Positions 12,850-26,015 are shown, numbered from the whole stretch's first letter. The stretch is DNA of 61,126 bases, filler included, from Squatina squatina (GCA_031763465.1; 4 parts of 4 records of this genome joined end to end with filler, not necessarily neighbours in it); one strand, 5' to 3'. Translations and numbers: made by a program. The notes: a model not told the origin generated them from the letters alone.

Positions 12850-13060
12850 TCTTCATCTCATGTCCATACTTACATTTCCAGCAGCGGTCACTGGATGGTG
12901 ATCAGGAGTGTCGATCTTCACCTCCCTAACATTGGGTAGTAATGCCTTTATCACTGTCCCAGATGCGATAATTTAACTTAGCATAGATCCAGGGCGCACA
13001 GCTGGGCACTTCTTGGTTCACATTCTCAGCTAGTTGTTGCTGCAACCAACTGATCCCTCG
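12850..13060 (-). mobile_element. AmnSINE2-like SINE remnant
   Basis: tttccagcagcggtcactggatggtgatcaggag...aacttagcatagatccaggg is the reverse complement of the body seen in the other copies. Confidence 0.55.
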
Positions 13061-14071
13061 AGGTAATCATTTCTGGTTATCTGCAAATGGCCCCCTGAGA
13101 GTGTCAGGGTGAAATAATATGTATCAATTCCTTAAACTTGTGAAAATGTAGCAGCATTTGGCATTAAACCAAGGGAATTTAAACACGATTGTCACGATAT
13201 TTTTGCTTCTCCTCACTGGATCAAGCTATCAGGAAGAGGAGTTGGAACGGTGCCTCTCCCCCTCCCCTCCCCTTTGTTCCTGTGGCAAGTAGGGCACATT
13301 TCCCACAGGAGCTGTCTGTAATGATGCACCCTGTTCAGGCTGTGCCGGGGCCAGCACTTTGCTGCTGGCAATCTTGCAAACAATCCAGGCAACAGGGAAG
13401 TGGAAAGGGATGAGCTGCACCATGATAATAGGGGATGATGGGCAACACCTATGAAAAAGAGCAACCGGGGCAGAGAAAGAAAAAAAACAAAGGTATTGTT
13501 TTGTCGTATCATGCCGGATTTCCCCATAGGCTATCGGTGAGAAAAATAAACTGCTGCACTATTTGTATAATGCAGGTAACAGACATCTTTGTCAGGGTGC
13601 TTTTCACGGAAAAGCAGAGGGTGAGTGCGAACTGGGACTCATGTGGATTAAAAAATCGGAGAGGATTACAGTGTTAATTTATTCTGATTGATAGCGAAAA
13701 TAACAGCAGGCAGCCATGTGTGATTTTTGAATGCAGCTTGTTGCTTGGTATCTGCTGACATTCCCCGATAAGGGTTGAATCGGTGTCAGAACAGACCCCA
13801 TGCTCAGACAGCTAAGTGATACTCGTCTCGGTCTCATTTCTGCAGCGAATATTATTTCTTTGGAAAAATGCATTCAGTCTGATAACCAATAAATAAATGA
13901 TTGATTCTCAAATTCTTAGAATGTAGCTGTGTCACGCACTGTGAAAATAGAGAAAATTGTATCGGAATGCTACCATGTAAGGAGCTGAATATTAAACCAC
14001 CCTTTGCATCATTACATCATATTTGGCCCGAGTACAGCACCAGGGACTCTACTACTGTATATGTAACACAA

Positions 14072-14128
14072 TGTATGTATGTGTGTGTTTGTGTTTGTGT
14101 GTGTGTGTGTGTGTGTGTGCGCGTGTGT
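14072..14128. repeat. (GT)n microsatellite
   Basis: An imperfect GT run is directly visible. Confidence 0.95.
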
Positions 14129-14269
14129 AGTACGTGGCTTCCCACCTTTTAACAATTTCCTGATTACTTGTGTGAGAAGTTGACTCGGGGGCGGGGGGGG
14201 GGGGGCGCCGGGAGGGAATACAGAGACAAATATTGTAATCATCGCTTGTTAAGATGATGCGTAGATAAG

Positions 14270-14508
14270 GAGGGAGAAATTTGCATGGTTTGCAACTGCC
14301 GTCAGCACCTCCTGGAGCGGGGGCAGGGGCGGGGCGCTACCGGTGGGAGGTAGCGGTGGCACAAAACTGTAGCGCTGCAGCCCTGCCAGTAGCGCCCCGC
14401 ACCACTGCACCTCTGGCGATGATGTCATCACTATGTGCCGTGACCTGTTTTCACCCCGCCGCGGAAATTGGGCAGCGGGTTGCAAACCGGGCCGCACTCC
14501 GCTCACGG
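14270..14508. mobile_element. Harbinger-like non-autonomous element end
   Basis: Begins gggagaaatttgc after TAA. GC-rich, with tcagcacctcc, agcgccc and tgatgtcatca motifs shared with other copies. Confidence 0.5.
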
Positions 14509-14608
14509 NNNNNNNNNNNNNNNNNNNNNNNNNNNNNNNNNNNNNNNNNNNNTTAATTAATTAANNNNNNNNNNNNNNNNNNNNNNNNNNNNNNNNNNNN
14601 NNNNNNNN
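14509..14608. other. Artificial scaffold-joining spacer N44-TTAATTAATTAA-N44
   Basis: The 12-mer at 14553-14564 is centred in Ns and the spacer totals exactly 100 nt. The same spacer occurs at two other sites. Confidence 0.95.
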
Positions 14609-15355
14609 CACATTTTAAATACTAGCTGGAGATGCAGATTACTTCAATCTTTATTTTAGTAGTGAACCAGGTCCCCACCTTCCCTGTCCCAAATGTTAAA
14701 ATTAAATTAAGTAATTGGATCTTACACCGTGCCACCATAAACATTGCATCTGGTTATGGAATCGGTCCTTTTATAAATTGACAATGTTTAGACAATCTAT
14801 CCTTGTTTCCTATTTGTTTGCACCTTAAAACAGCATGAACTATTGCTAATTAAAAAAAAAACTATAATGGTAGCAAGCATGGAGTAAATATAATATTCCC
14901 AATTATCTAGGCTTTGAAAAATGATTTAATAAACAGATTGAAATAGTAATGAATTGTTAGTTAACATATCTTACACATGTACTGAATATGAAGGCAAAAG
15001 TGTCTTATTATTTTCTTTTGGAAAGACATAATAAAGTGTTTACAGCAAGAAACTAATTATCTGAAGCCCAAATATAGAACATTTTATTTGAACTATAGTT
15101 AAACAAGAGGCTTTCTGTAGTCACAAGTGATTCTTACATGCAGGTTACACAACAACTGAGGAACTGTACGAATTTTGGCTGAAGAAGAGCAATAAAATCG
15201 AATGATCTCTAACTGGACAGTGACACCTCATTCTAGTTAATTTCTGTGGGCACTGAAATACCTCAAAATAACCAGGATGGAAGTTTGTGGTGTACTGGCA
15301 AATAGAAGTAAATAAAGGAGATTGTAATGCAAAAGATTAATCTTTTCAATTACAG

Positions 15356-15467
15356 TGTGTCAGAACTGTAGGAACGTGAAAAAACCCCATCGACATGGAC
15401 TTCAGACTCTTTCATATGTGGATGAATATCAACCTGGAATCCAGCTTCTTCACATTGTTTCAGCAAG
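15356..15467 (+). CDS. Candidate internal exon of an unidentified gene
   Basis: Acceptor tcttttcaattacAG and donor AAG|GTAGAA. A single open frame: CQNCRNVKKPHRHGLQTLSYVDEYQPGIQLLHIVSA, with a CxxC...HxH pattern. Confidence 0.3.
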
Positions 15468-15958
15468 GTAGAAATGTTGTTTTGAGACAGTCGCAAATAT
15501 CTGGGGAAAGAAAATACAGTTAAATGTGTGCAATGATGGATTGGATTATCTGCTGTAATCTATAAACAGGGTATCATTCTTCCAGCCTTTGAGGTAATTT
15601 CTCAAGAACGAAACTATCCTTATAACTAGGATGTAATATTTATATGCTACTCTATCACCTAATACTTTCTAAAAAAGATATCCCTGCAATTAGTAAATTC
15701 TGGTGTGAGAGTGTGCAGATTTAATCGGGTGATGTGGCGTTGATACATGCGTATCATTAATGACCAACAGGTTCTTTGTTCTATGGTCAAATCAGCCTGA
15801 CATAATTAACCACTGATATGAGCAGAGGCAAGGAAACACAAAGTAATGGAGAGTTGAANNNNNNNNNNNNNNNNNNNNNNNNNNNNNNNNNNNNNNNNNN
15901 NNNNNNNNNNNNNNNNNNNNNNNNNNNNNNNNNNNNNNNNNNNNNNNNNNNNNNNNNN

Positions 15959-16550
15959 CCTCCTCAACTTCTCCCCTCTGTTCTCTCTGTTGAAGCAGCA
16001 GTCGATCCCTGTACCTCAGGTATCACATGTGGTGACGGTGCAGTTCCCAGTCAACTGCCAGTACAGCCCCCATTATCGATGAGTGCAAAAGGGAAATTAA
16101 AGTTTAAAGTAGCTGGCTCACGTGATGGAAGCGACTTTGAAGCATTTGCAGCTCTGGAAAAGGCAACAAACAGACTGTAGCAATGAGGCAGCGCTTTCTG
16201 CCATCATAATGGATGCCCCACGCAGCAGCTGAAATAGTGTTCATTTTTATAATCAGACGGGGTATCACCACCCCAAAAAAGCAGGCGGTGTCACCGCCAG
16301 TTTTGCTCCAGAAGAATTGAGGCCAATTGTTTGTCGGGCAGCCATTCTGGGCGTTGCTCCCTTTGATGATGTCATGGAGGCCGTTTTGCACTTAGCGCCA
16401 CATTTCCAGTGCTCCCGTTAGCGCCCATTTAGCGCCAGCGCTAAACTGAGTCCAATTGCGCAAAATTCATTTTACTGCCAAAAATGGGTGTTACACCGCT
16501 AAATCCCGTTCTACGCCCATTTAGCACTAGCGCTGGATTGCCAATTGGAC
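15959..16550 (-). mobile_element. Harbinger-like element end with a decayed ORF start
   Basis: The minus strand reads MGAVLAVDWELHRHHM*YLRYRDRLLLQQRE. The adjacent terminal region carries repeated cccatttagcgccagc. Homologous to 56542-57277. Confidence 0.55.
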
Positions 16551-17410
16551 ACTCCCCTACTCTTATACTCCAATCCTTTTGTAATAAAGGCCAACATCCC
16601 ATTTGCATGTTGTACGTGCATGTTAACTTTCAGTGATTCATGTACAAGGACACCCAGGTCCCTCTGAATACCAACACTTCCCAATCTCTCACCATTTAAA
16701 AAAAGTATTCTGCTTTTCTATTTCCGATACCCAAGTGGATGACTTCACATTTCTCACATTATATTCCATCTGCTACCTTCTTGCTCACTCACTGAGCCTG
16801 TCTATCTCCCTTTGCAGCCTCTTTGATTTCTCCCCAAAACTTACTTTAGCTTTGTATCATCAATGAACTTGGATACATTACATTCAGTTCCCTCATTTAA
16901 GTCACTGATGTAAGTAGCTGGGGCCCAAGCACTGATCCTTGCGGTACCCCACTAGCACAGCCTGCCAACCTGAAAATGATTGGTCCATGAACCAATCCTC
17001 AATCCATGCTAGTGTGTTACCCAAAATCCCATAACCTCCACATATGTGCAATAACCTCTTGTGTGGTACCTTATTGAATGCTTTCTAAAAATCTAAATAT
17101 ACCACCTCCATTGGCACCCCTTTACCAACCCTGTTAGTTACAACCTAAAGAAACTCTAATAGATTTGTCAAACATTGATATTCCTTTCATAAATCCGTGT
17201 TGACTCTGTCCAATCCTATTATTATTTTCTAAGTGTCCTGTTACTGCATCCTCAGTGATAGATTCTAACTTTTTCCCTGATGTTAGGTTAACTGGTCTAT
17301 AGTTTCCCGTTTTCTCTCTCCCTCCTTTTTGGAATAACGGGGTTATATTTGCTACCATCCAATCCATGGGAACAGTTCTAGAATCTAGGGAATTCCGGAA
17401 GATCAAATCC
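16551..17410 (-). mobile_element. CR1 LINE RT fragments
   Basis: ORF 17134-17412 contains DWMVANITPLFQKGGREKTGNYRPVNLTS...QHGFMKG. VPQGSVLGP-type sequence (gggcccaagcactgatccttgcggtacccc) is at about 16921-16950. Confidence 0.9.
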
Positions 17411-20019
17411 AATGATCAATGACCGTGAAAGAGATTCACGGATACATTTCAGCATAACCTCAAGCTATGTAATATCAAAAGGTGACAGCGGGAAATATCT
17501 CTTGGCTAATCGTTTAAGCTAGAGAGCAGCTATCTGTGGTGGTGTTCAGCTGGTATGAGCACCAGCACATAGATCTTTTGAAGGTGAAACAGCAACAGCA
17601 TAATTTAACCAGCAGCAGCCAGTCACCTCAGATTGGCTGTCAGGGAAACATGCGGGAGAGTTTGCTTCTCTTGTACTGGTCTCAGTAGTCTTCAGGAATG
17701 ATTCTCTTTCCAACATGGGTCGTCATCTGCAAGTTCAAAGGGCTACCGCTACCTATACCCTCCAGACTTTATAAAACTGGGAGTTAAAAGTTTTGAGCTA
17801 CAGGGAAAGTCTATTTTGCAATTAACCTAATTTATGTTTGTAAATTAGGTCATATTAGCATAACTCATCCAAGCTTCTTAAAAATAGGACTTAATGTTTT
17901 GTGAGTTCGAGGGGAAAGTGTATTGTCTAATTACCCTAATTTGCATGTGATTTACATAATGACATCTCTACCAATTATACCCTTCAAATTCTGGAAAGGA
18001 AGGATCATTTATTTGATTAAATAGAAAAGTACATATTGACCTAGTTCTTCCCCCTCCTATTCATTGCTGTATTCCGTTACAAAGGATATTAACACTGTCT
18101 GCAGTCCTGTATCCCAGCACACGTAAGCTCCAAACTGAAGTAACATGCACTGATAGCATGTGGATTTGTTTCCACAGTTTCCTACTGTGTTCCCTGATTG
18201 AAAAATTCTCATCCTTGTTTTCGAATCTTTCCACGGCCNNNNNNNNNNNNNNNNNNNNNNNNNNNNNNNNNNNNNNNNNNNNNNNNNNNNNNNNNNNNNN
18301 NNNNNNNNNNNNNNNNNNNNNNNNNNNNNNNNNNNNNNCTTTTTTTGTTGAAATTTCGAAGGACAACAACGTGTGTTCGTTCAGCACCTTTCACATCACC
18401 ATGGCGGAATCAAAGAACATGATAATTAGTCCACTCCATCGGCTAACTGCCATATATTTTATCTGCGACTTAAAAGAATTACGTTTTTGCAGAGTCTTAC
18501 CATTTTGTGCAAAGTTTCCCAATATTTTAAGCATTTGTTACCGTATTATTGTACTGTCCATACAAACAGTAAAATGTTTGGTCATTCAGGGAATGCGATC
18601 CATTTGGCCTCAGGCATAAAAGTATCTCTGTGACAACGCAACATTAAACCAGAACTGGAGCTCTAACCCACATTTTGTAATATAGATGGTATAAGCTGAG
18701 CCAAACTCAGGAAGAAAAAATTAGGGATCGATGTAAAGAAACATTCTGGATGGGTTCTACCCATATTTATAATTAACAGAATCTTTCAAAATCCTAAGCT
18801 TGCCAAGTCCAGATGTTTCTGACAGCAGGTGAAATTTTGTGATGCTTTTTGAGTGCTCTTCCAAGCAGTTCTACAGCAAAATCTAGGGAAGATCCTCCAG
18901 CTGTCATACTATTTCAAAAATAACCTCTGCTTTTTTTACAAAAAGCTTATAAAAATCTAACAAGCTCCTACCATTCTCCTAATTATAGTGGGTGAATGTG
19001 CAACCTACTGCCGGGCTTCCAGCAATATCATTCTGCTCTAGCACCAAGACATCTGCAAGACTGCTTTGGAGATGGCTCTTTCTCCAGTTTTCCTTCCGTC
19101 TCTTCATGGGGAGGAACTTGGCCTCCCTTGTACCTTACTATAATAATGCAGATATGATTCGGGACAACAGAGTAGGGATCGAAACTGCATCCCAATTCAG
19201 TAGGTCATTGCATTAATATTTTCCATCATTAAAAAATCATATTGATGCCCTTCAATTTCAGGTGAGCTCTTTTCAATAACTGCAATAGATGTAATGGATA
19301 ATATTTTGCACTTTGCTCAAATTCAACATCCTAAATTTCTTCTCTTTTTTTGTATCAGATTTAAGCTATTTCCATCCATTTTGGGCCAGATTTACTCCTT
19401 TCAAAACAATGCTGCCTTTAAGCCTTACTGTTCACCTAGTTTTGTTCCAAAAAATGCCTCTATGACACGAGGGTTTTTTTTTGCATATGCAGTCATTTTT
19501 CCCTTCTCTTCCCACACTTCTATGTCTGGTGCTAATTAAAATGAAGTTTCACCTCATCTTAATTCATTGCAGCGATGTGAAAGCAGGTAAGTGACCACAG
19601 TTGATTCCCGAAGACAGCTGAAGAACAGGTGGGCTCACATCTGGTGCTTGCCGCCAAGGACAGAAGAATTGACCTTTAGCAAATTATTTTAAAATATGTC
19701 TTCAATTAATGTTAGCCTTTTTATCAGATGGAATTTTATTAATGTATTTGATTGGGGTCAGCACTACAGATTTGCATTTATTTAACACAACCTTCCACTC
19801 TGCATCTTGGTTTCTCCCAGACTGGGGACCTACTTTTATACAAAAAGATGCAACAGAAATTCAGACATAGAAACACAATAAAGATTGTTTTTGCTACACN
19901 NNNNNNNNNNNNNNNNNNNNNNNNNNNNNNNNNNNNNNNNNNNNNNNNNNNNNNNNNNNNNNNNNNNNNNNNNNNNNNNNNNNNNNNNNNNNNNNNNNNG
20001 GCTCAGTGAACCAGACACA

Positions 20020-20132
20020 GTCTGGGTCCTGACAGCATCCTGGCTGTAGTGTTGAAGACCTGTGGAACAGGACTAGTCATTCCCCTAGCAAAGCTGTTCC
20101 AGTACACTGGCATCTACCCAACAATGTGGAAG
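20020..20132 (+). mobile_element. LINE RT N-terminal fragment (CR1/L2 group)
   Basis: Translates to GPDSILAVVLKTCGTGLVIPLAKLFQYTGIYPTMWK. Confidence 0.7.
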
Positions 20133-21339
20133 TATTTATAAATGGAGAAAAAATCTGTACAATGCATCATTTAAAATTTAACACAATTTGAAGATCATTC
20201 TCCTCACTGTGCTTTATCAACTTGGTCTGAATATGTCNNNNNNNNNNCTAAATTCTGCCTGTGACAGATGACCCAAAATATTTTCAGCACAAATAAACAT
20301 GAAGCAGATAAGACTGATGAAAATTTGGCCAAAATTAATCTACTGTCCGTTCCAGTTTTCAGAATGGGTGGAGGTTGCCTTCAGGTAGATCCTCCCCTCA
20401 GTGTCCAATTAAAGAGGTAGGATGCCTGTTTAAGTAGAAGTACGACCATATTTCCTGCTGTGAACATAGGATGCCCATATTTAGAGAATACCAGGCAGGT
20501 AATTGTTTTAATATTTATAGGAGATGTTGTTTACATTTTACCATTCTTCGAACTGAATCATCTTGCTTCATCTAGTTTGAAATCTTACTTCATGAATTAT
20601 GAACTACAGAAGCCTAGAAACAACAGATAGATTTATATCCACAAGTATGTTGACTGGCTTTGTACTATAGAACAATGGAATTATTTTAAGCACATGAATA
20701 TTTAAGTAATATATGTAGGAGTAGCTGAGTTTATAAGCCAGCAAACAGCTCCCATATGCTGAATAAATTGTGATGCCTTAGGCCAGACTGCTTTAAGTGC
20801 GAAGAAGAGTTTTTTTTTTAGCTTACAACAGCTCTAACATTTCCCTGTTTGGAAATTACCAAATGAAAAGGTTTGCTTCACCAGTTTGATGTTTGCAGTG
20901 TGGATTTGTGTATGGTTATCCACTATAGCAGTTTGTAAGTTGGTGAAGGAGAATAGGGAATAGTGATAAATAAATTATTATAGATTATTAGATTTCATTA
21001 TATAATTGAAGGCACATTTATATTGGTGCCAGGACTCGATGAGAGCAGTGCTTAAGCTGTGACTCAAACCTTGGGCCATCATATTCTTTTTTATACTGCA
21101 CCATTGGCCCCTGGTGGAAGGTCAATAGAAAGAGTCATAGAATGGAAAGGCTGTAGAAAAGAAAAAATCGGGCTTGATGTAAAATGGGCTAACGATTTGC
21201 TATCTCCCATTTTGTCCTGCCGCCCGTGACCAATTCACACGCCATCGAACCGATAGACACACAGACAGAGGTATATTTGTGCATTCCTTTCTAAAGGCCT
21301 GGGGTTGAGGTTGGTGGTGGGGAATAGTCAGATATGTAT

Positions 21340-21640
21340 ACCCTGGGAAGAGCAACAAGACTGATCACAAGTGTAAACTGGAAGAATAAGGAGCATAGAC
21401 GAGAGAAGCTTAAACTTTACTGTCTAGAAAGAAAGCAATTAAAGGGAAACTCCACCAAATTATACAAAATGTTTATTAGTATAGATAAGAGGAACTCAGA
21501 TTCCTACTTAAAAGTAATGCAAGAAAAGAAGAATAGAGGATGCAGTGGAAATGAGCATAATGTAAACTAAACATGGATATCAGGAAGAGTCTTAACTGCA
21601 AGAGTTTTAAGTATGTGGAATCGCTGGCCGTGCATGTTAG
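21340..21640 (+). mobile_element. Old CR1 ORF2 3' fragment
   Basis: RATRLI...REKLKLYCLERKQLKGNSTKLYKM resembles the CR1 C-terminal motif. Confidence 0.6.
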
Positions 21641-22369
21641 AAGTGGCAAAAATATTGACAAGATTGTGTGTAAGAATAGAGTTCAGAGGGTCTGTGAAAC
21701 AAGAATCCAAATTACTGGTTTCTACAAGTTATCAATCTTCTGTTGATACACAATCTGTGCTAGATGTGTAAACAAATGCAAGATTGTACTACCATGTCAC
21801 TGGTAGATTATTTTGGGTACAAACTGAACATTGGGCCCTGATTTTAACTCCCGGTTGATTCCCCATTCAGGCCTGAGTTAAAATTACAGTCGGANNNNNN
21901 NNNNNNNNNNNNNNNNNNNNNNNNNNNNNNNNNNNNNNNNNNNNNNNNNNNNNNNNNNNNNNNNNNNNNNNNNNNNNNNNNNNNNNNNNNNNNNTGGAAA
22001 GTCAACAGCTGTGAGACGAGAGCTTTTATAGCACAACTGCAGCTGTCAACTAAAGAATTGAATTCATGGTCACACAACTCCCGACGTCCTTACCTGACAT
22101 GATCCCTGAGCAGCGTAATCCCCGTGGACAACATGATAAAATGGTAAGTTCAGCTCAAAATTCTTTTTAACAAGGTCATAATGAACTAAATTGCTTCCCC
22201 CGTCATTACGTGTCGGGTCTGTTCAGTATTGATAGACCCGACATCTGGGAAAGTAGCATGGTGGTGGCTTAACAGCAGGATCCCAACCCGTTGTCAATCA
22301 TTTTAAATGTAACAGCAGATGCCACCCATCCTGTCCACTGAGCTCTGGCAAAATTCCAGCATATTATCA

Positions 22370-22800
22370 AATGCTATTTGGAAGTCCATGTACATCCCAT
22401 CAACCACATTGCTCTCATCAACACTCTCCGGTACCACATCAAAAAACTCAAATTAGTTAAACATGATTTGCCGTTAACAATTCTATGCTGGCTTTCCTTA
22501 ATTAATCTACATTTGACCAAGTGACTGTTAAGTTTGTCTCTGATTATCGTTTCTAAAAGCTTCCCCACTACCAAGGTTAAGCTGACGGTCCTGTAGTTCC
22601 TGGGTTTATCCTGACACTCTTTTTTGAACAAGGCTGTAACATTTGCAATTCTCCAGTCCTCTGGCACTAACCCTATATCTAAGGAGAAATGGAAGACTAT
22701 GGCCAATACCTTTGCAATTTCCACCTTAAATACCCTCAGCATCCTAGGATGCATCCCATCCTGTCTTGGCGACTTATTTACCTTAACTACAGCCAGCCTT
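22370..22800 (-). mobile_element. CR1 LINE RT fragment
   Basis: Translates to HPRML...VPEDWRIANVTALFKKECQDKPRNYRTVSLTLVVGKLLETIIRD...ESQH...GKSCLTNL. Confidence 0.9.
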
Positions 22801-24580
22801 TCCAGCTGGGCACCAATAGCAGCACTAATCCATTCAAATTAAACTGGTCAGCATTCTATCAAAATACAGGTTAGAGATATTAGATTTCAGCACTTTAATA
22901 TTCATACACTAATATTGCACATGGTAATTCTAAACTTCGAAATGTGTTTATAACTTCCCAATATAAAATCCAGGTTAATTCAATACATTCATCTCTAAGA
23001 CAATCTTTCCAAGAAACGTTTTACCTTATTGCACTGAAACTAATTCGTGCATTTAACTTCGCCATTTGCAACACACAGTCACAATTAACAGGTGTACAGG
23101 ATGGCAAGTTCTTCATTCAGCTACAGGTACACTGCAAATGTAAGCTACACTCCTGGTAAATCCGCTCATTTTTCACGACACGCTCTGTTGAACTATGATA
23201 ATTACTGGTATACCACACACCTTCTTACTGGGTTGATCACTTTCTCAAATTAACATTTACGATCCAACCGATGCACAACTAATATCTCCAACGGTCCTTG
23301 ATATCGACGAGAGAAAGCGTGCGATTTCGGTCCATTGATTAAAGCAAGTCCAAAAATGTTACTTTTGTATCGCTACACATTTTCATTATTTTATCATGTG
23401 AACATTCGAGTGAATTTACCTGAAACGACACTTGAAACACCTTCTTTGNNNNNNNNNNNNNNNNNNNNNNNNNNNNNNNNNNNNNNNNNNNNNNNNNNNN
23501 NNNNNNNNNNNNNNNNNNNNNNNNNNNNNNNNNNNNNNNNNNNNNNNNTTAATCAGCAAGGTGCACTGACAGCTACAATTGACCAATTAATAGTTTTGAT
23601 ACTCCTGTTACCTTACCTTTAATGCAGACCACTGCCATCCTGCAGTAATAGCTTTTCAATATTTCATGATGTAAAATGGAATGTATGCCTAATGAATATG
23701 AATGACAGGCTGATTAAATGCAGTGCAATGCGCACCACTGTGTCTTCAAAGAGTAAAGAGTGTAGCAAATATGATAATTTTGTGGAACATACAGGGCAGC
23801 ATTCTGAAATAAAATAGAAATTCAATGCAATGTCAATAAAAGGTTGTTTCATAAGCTCATTACAAAGTCTTACTGGAATACTACAGCAAATCCTCTTCCC
23901 TACCTTGTTATTTTGTGAGAGAGAATCCGATTTGTGTGTCCCACAACATAAGACAAAAATAAAAACTGCAAGAAAAAGACGCATTAAAGAGCACCAGAGT
24001 GATGCTACCTTATCTTTGTGGAAGGGAACAGTGATGACATTGTTAAGAACTTACTTAGGACAATCTGAGACTATATAATGACTTGTGCTACAGAAATGTA
24101 TTTTTGTACAGTTCCGAGCAACTTAAAATCAGTTTCAACCACATAAGGAATCAATTTTATTGTCAACAGTCTGAATGCTGAATTTTCAATCATTTGCTTG
24201 TCTACATGTATACAAAACTGGATTCCTTCCAGTTTATTTTCTTGCTATGTTTTGAGTAAGAGAAACGAAGTATGAACTTTCCATCGGTAACATTTTGTTG
24301 CCTTCTTCATTTTAGTTCAGTAGTGACCCATAATTTTCAGAGCAGAAACTGCAAAGCCCATAACAATGAACAAATCATTTACACTGTTATAAACAACACC
24401 ACTGTGCAAAAGTGAAGTGTCCTTTTGAAAAATGTTTCTCCGTACCTTGTTAAACGACTACCTGAAGTTAACTAAGGTATNNNNNNNNNNNNNNNNNNNN
24501 NNNNNNNNNNNNNNNNNNNNNNNNNNNNNNNNNNNNNNNNNNNNNNNNNNNNNNNNNNNNNNNNNNNNNNNNNNNNNNNN

Positions 24581-24715
24581 ACTCACTCAACTTGTCTAAA
24601 TCATCTTCAAGCCTCCTTGCATCCTCCTCACAGGTCACATTGCCACCTAATTTTGTATCATCTGCAAACTTGGGAATATTGTATTTGGTTCCCTCATCCA
24701 AGTCATTGATATATA
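24581..24715 (-). mobile_element. CR1 LINE RT catalytic fragment
   Basis: YINDLDEGTKYNIPKFADDTKLGG contains the FADD motif. Confidence 0.9.
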
Positions 24716-25204
24716 CTGTATTTTTGGGGGTATTCCCATTCATGCTTATGGGGATTCCATACATTCGGAATCCACATGAGCCTGATTGAGGATTCCCCTC
24801 TTGCATTCGTTGGGCCGACCCACATGATCCCAGGTGCACTTGCAAACCACATGATCCCCTGGGATATGTAGGCCTCTACCTACAGGTACCAGGAGAGGCC
24901 CAGGACTGCGAGTCTCCGTACCTGCTTGACCACCAGGTACGCAGGAATTTTATTTGCGGATCGAAAGCATTTCCCCGCAGGAAGTTCAGGGCGATTATAA
25001 ATCTCTACTGCTGCCCATTACCTGTTATCTCCTCCCTTCCTTGCTCTTTATCTTTCTTTTTCGTTTCTGATGAAAGGTTCTAAGCCAAAATATAATTTCA
25101 GATGCTAACGGACTCAAACAGCAATGTGTCTTTTCAGATACATGTATTTACATTTTATTTCAAATTACTAGCTTTCAGTTTTTCTTTGTATCCCTACTCA
25201 GAGC

Positions 25205-25444
25205 TTGTTTAGAGAACAAGAAGTTCCTAATTTTAGGAAGTAACATTGCTCACAGGTAGGTAGATGTGTGCTCTAAAATAAACAGCCCGTACTGCATGAG
25301 ATGTCTGAGTTAAACAAATGTTGGGCAGATGTGAAGCACAGTGTGAAAGAAAAAGTGTTACATGTGAAAAGAGCAACATCAGAGACACGTGAAGAAATGC
25401 CACCCACCAAGGCTGTTATAATTCAAGGTGAAGGTCAAGGGCGC
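25205..25444 (+). pseudogene. Decayed Myb/SANT-like (Myb_DNA-bind_5) remnant, probably Harbinger-derived
   Basis: R*VDVCSKINS (TAG likely from TGG, Trp), then a frameshift to ELNKCWADVKHSVKEKVLHVKRATSET. This matches the W..(I/V)...(V/I)N ... E.KK.W.D.K...K.K pattern. Confidence 0.45.
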
Positions 25445-25544
25445 NNNNNNNNNNNNNNNNNNNNNNNNNNNNNNNNNNNNNNNNNNNNNNNNNNNNNNNN
25501 NNNNNNNNNNNNNNNNNNNNNNNNNNNNNNNNNNNNNNNNNNNN

Positions 25545-26015
25545 ATCCTTCACACTGTCCTGGGACAATCCAACACAATGCAGCTTCTTTGGATGAAGGT
25601 GAAATACCTTTGAAAAATGAACAAAGGTCTATTAATGGGTGTCAGGGTGAAATCTTGCCAGCTTTACCTGTCAGCAGTGACACTGTGGTAGATTCTGAAA
25701 GCACAGAAACAAACCATCAATCTAGTTCCACAGACCAGGATGGTGCTGATTCCCTCAAAGAGTATGAATCTTGTGAGATCCAAAATGCAGACTCATTTGA
25801 AATGGTCCATTTTGATGGTGCCAAAGAATTGTGCAATTCATCTGCTACACACTTGACTTTTGAGAAAATTCCGTCAACAACAGAAGCTCAAAAGGATGAT
25901 GTGGACCTCGGAGCTTTCCAGCAAGTTCTAGACAGCTTACAGAAGAGACAACTGAATGTCAGTCTTTTTGAAAAGATCAGGAAAGTCTATGGTGATCTGG
26001 AATGTGGATACTGTG
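25545..26015 (+). CDS. ZFAT: ZFAT (zinc finger and AT-hook domain protein), 3' part of the large internal exon; 5' part lost in a gap
   Basis: An open frame ends AFQQVLDSLQKRQLNVSLFEKIRKVYGDLECGYC-G|GTAAG. This matches the ZFAT motif LQKKQMNTSLCERIRKVYGDLECEYCGK, which precedes a C2H2 finger split by a phase-1 intron. Confidence 0.9.

Noticed and set aside
14553-14564. TTAATTAATTAA as a piggyBac TSD, homeodomain site or CRISPR-like repeat
   Set aside because: It is always centred in 44+44 Ns, so it is a synthetic linker.
14031-18401. REST/RE1-like sites (acagcaccagggac at about 14033; ttcagcacc at about 18381; also ccagcatccacggac at about 48471)
   Set aside because: Only left half-sites match; the right half GGACAG or the 2-nt spacing is broken.
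14609-25544. miR-30b/miR-30d expected near ZFAT by synteny
   Set aside because: I found no TGTAAACATCC mature sequence on either strand (only partial matches such as at about 21766). They may lie in gaps.
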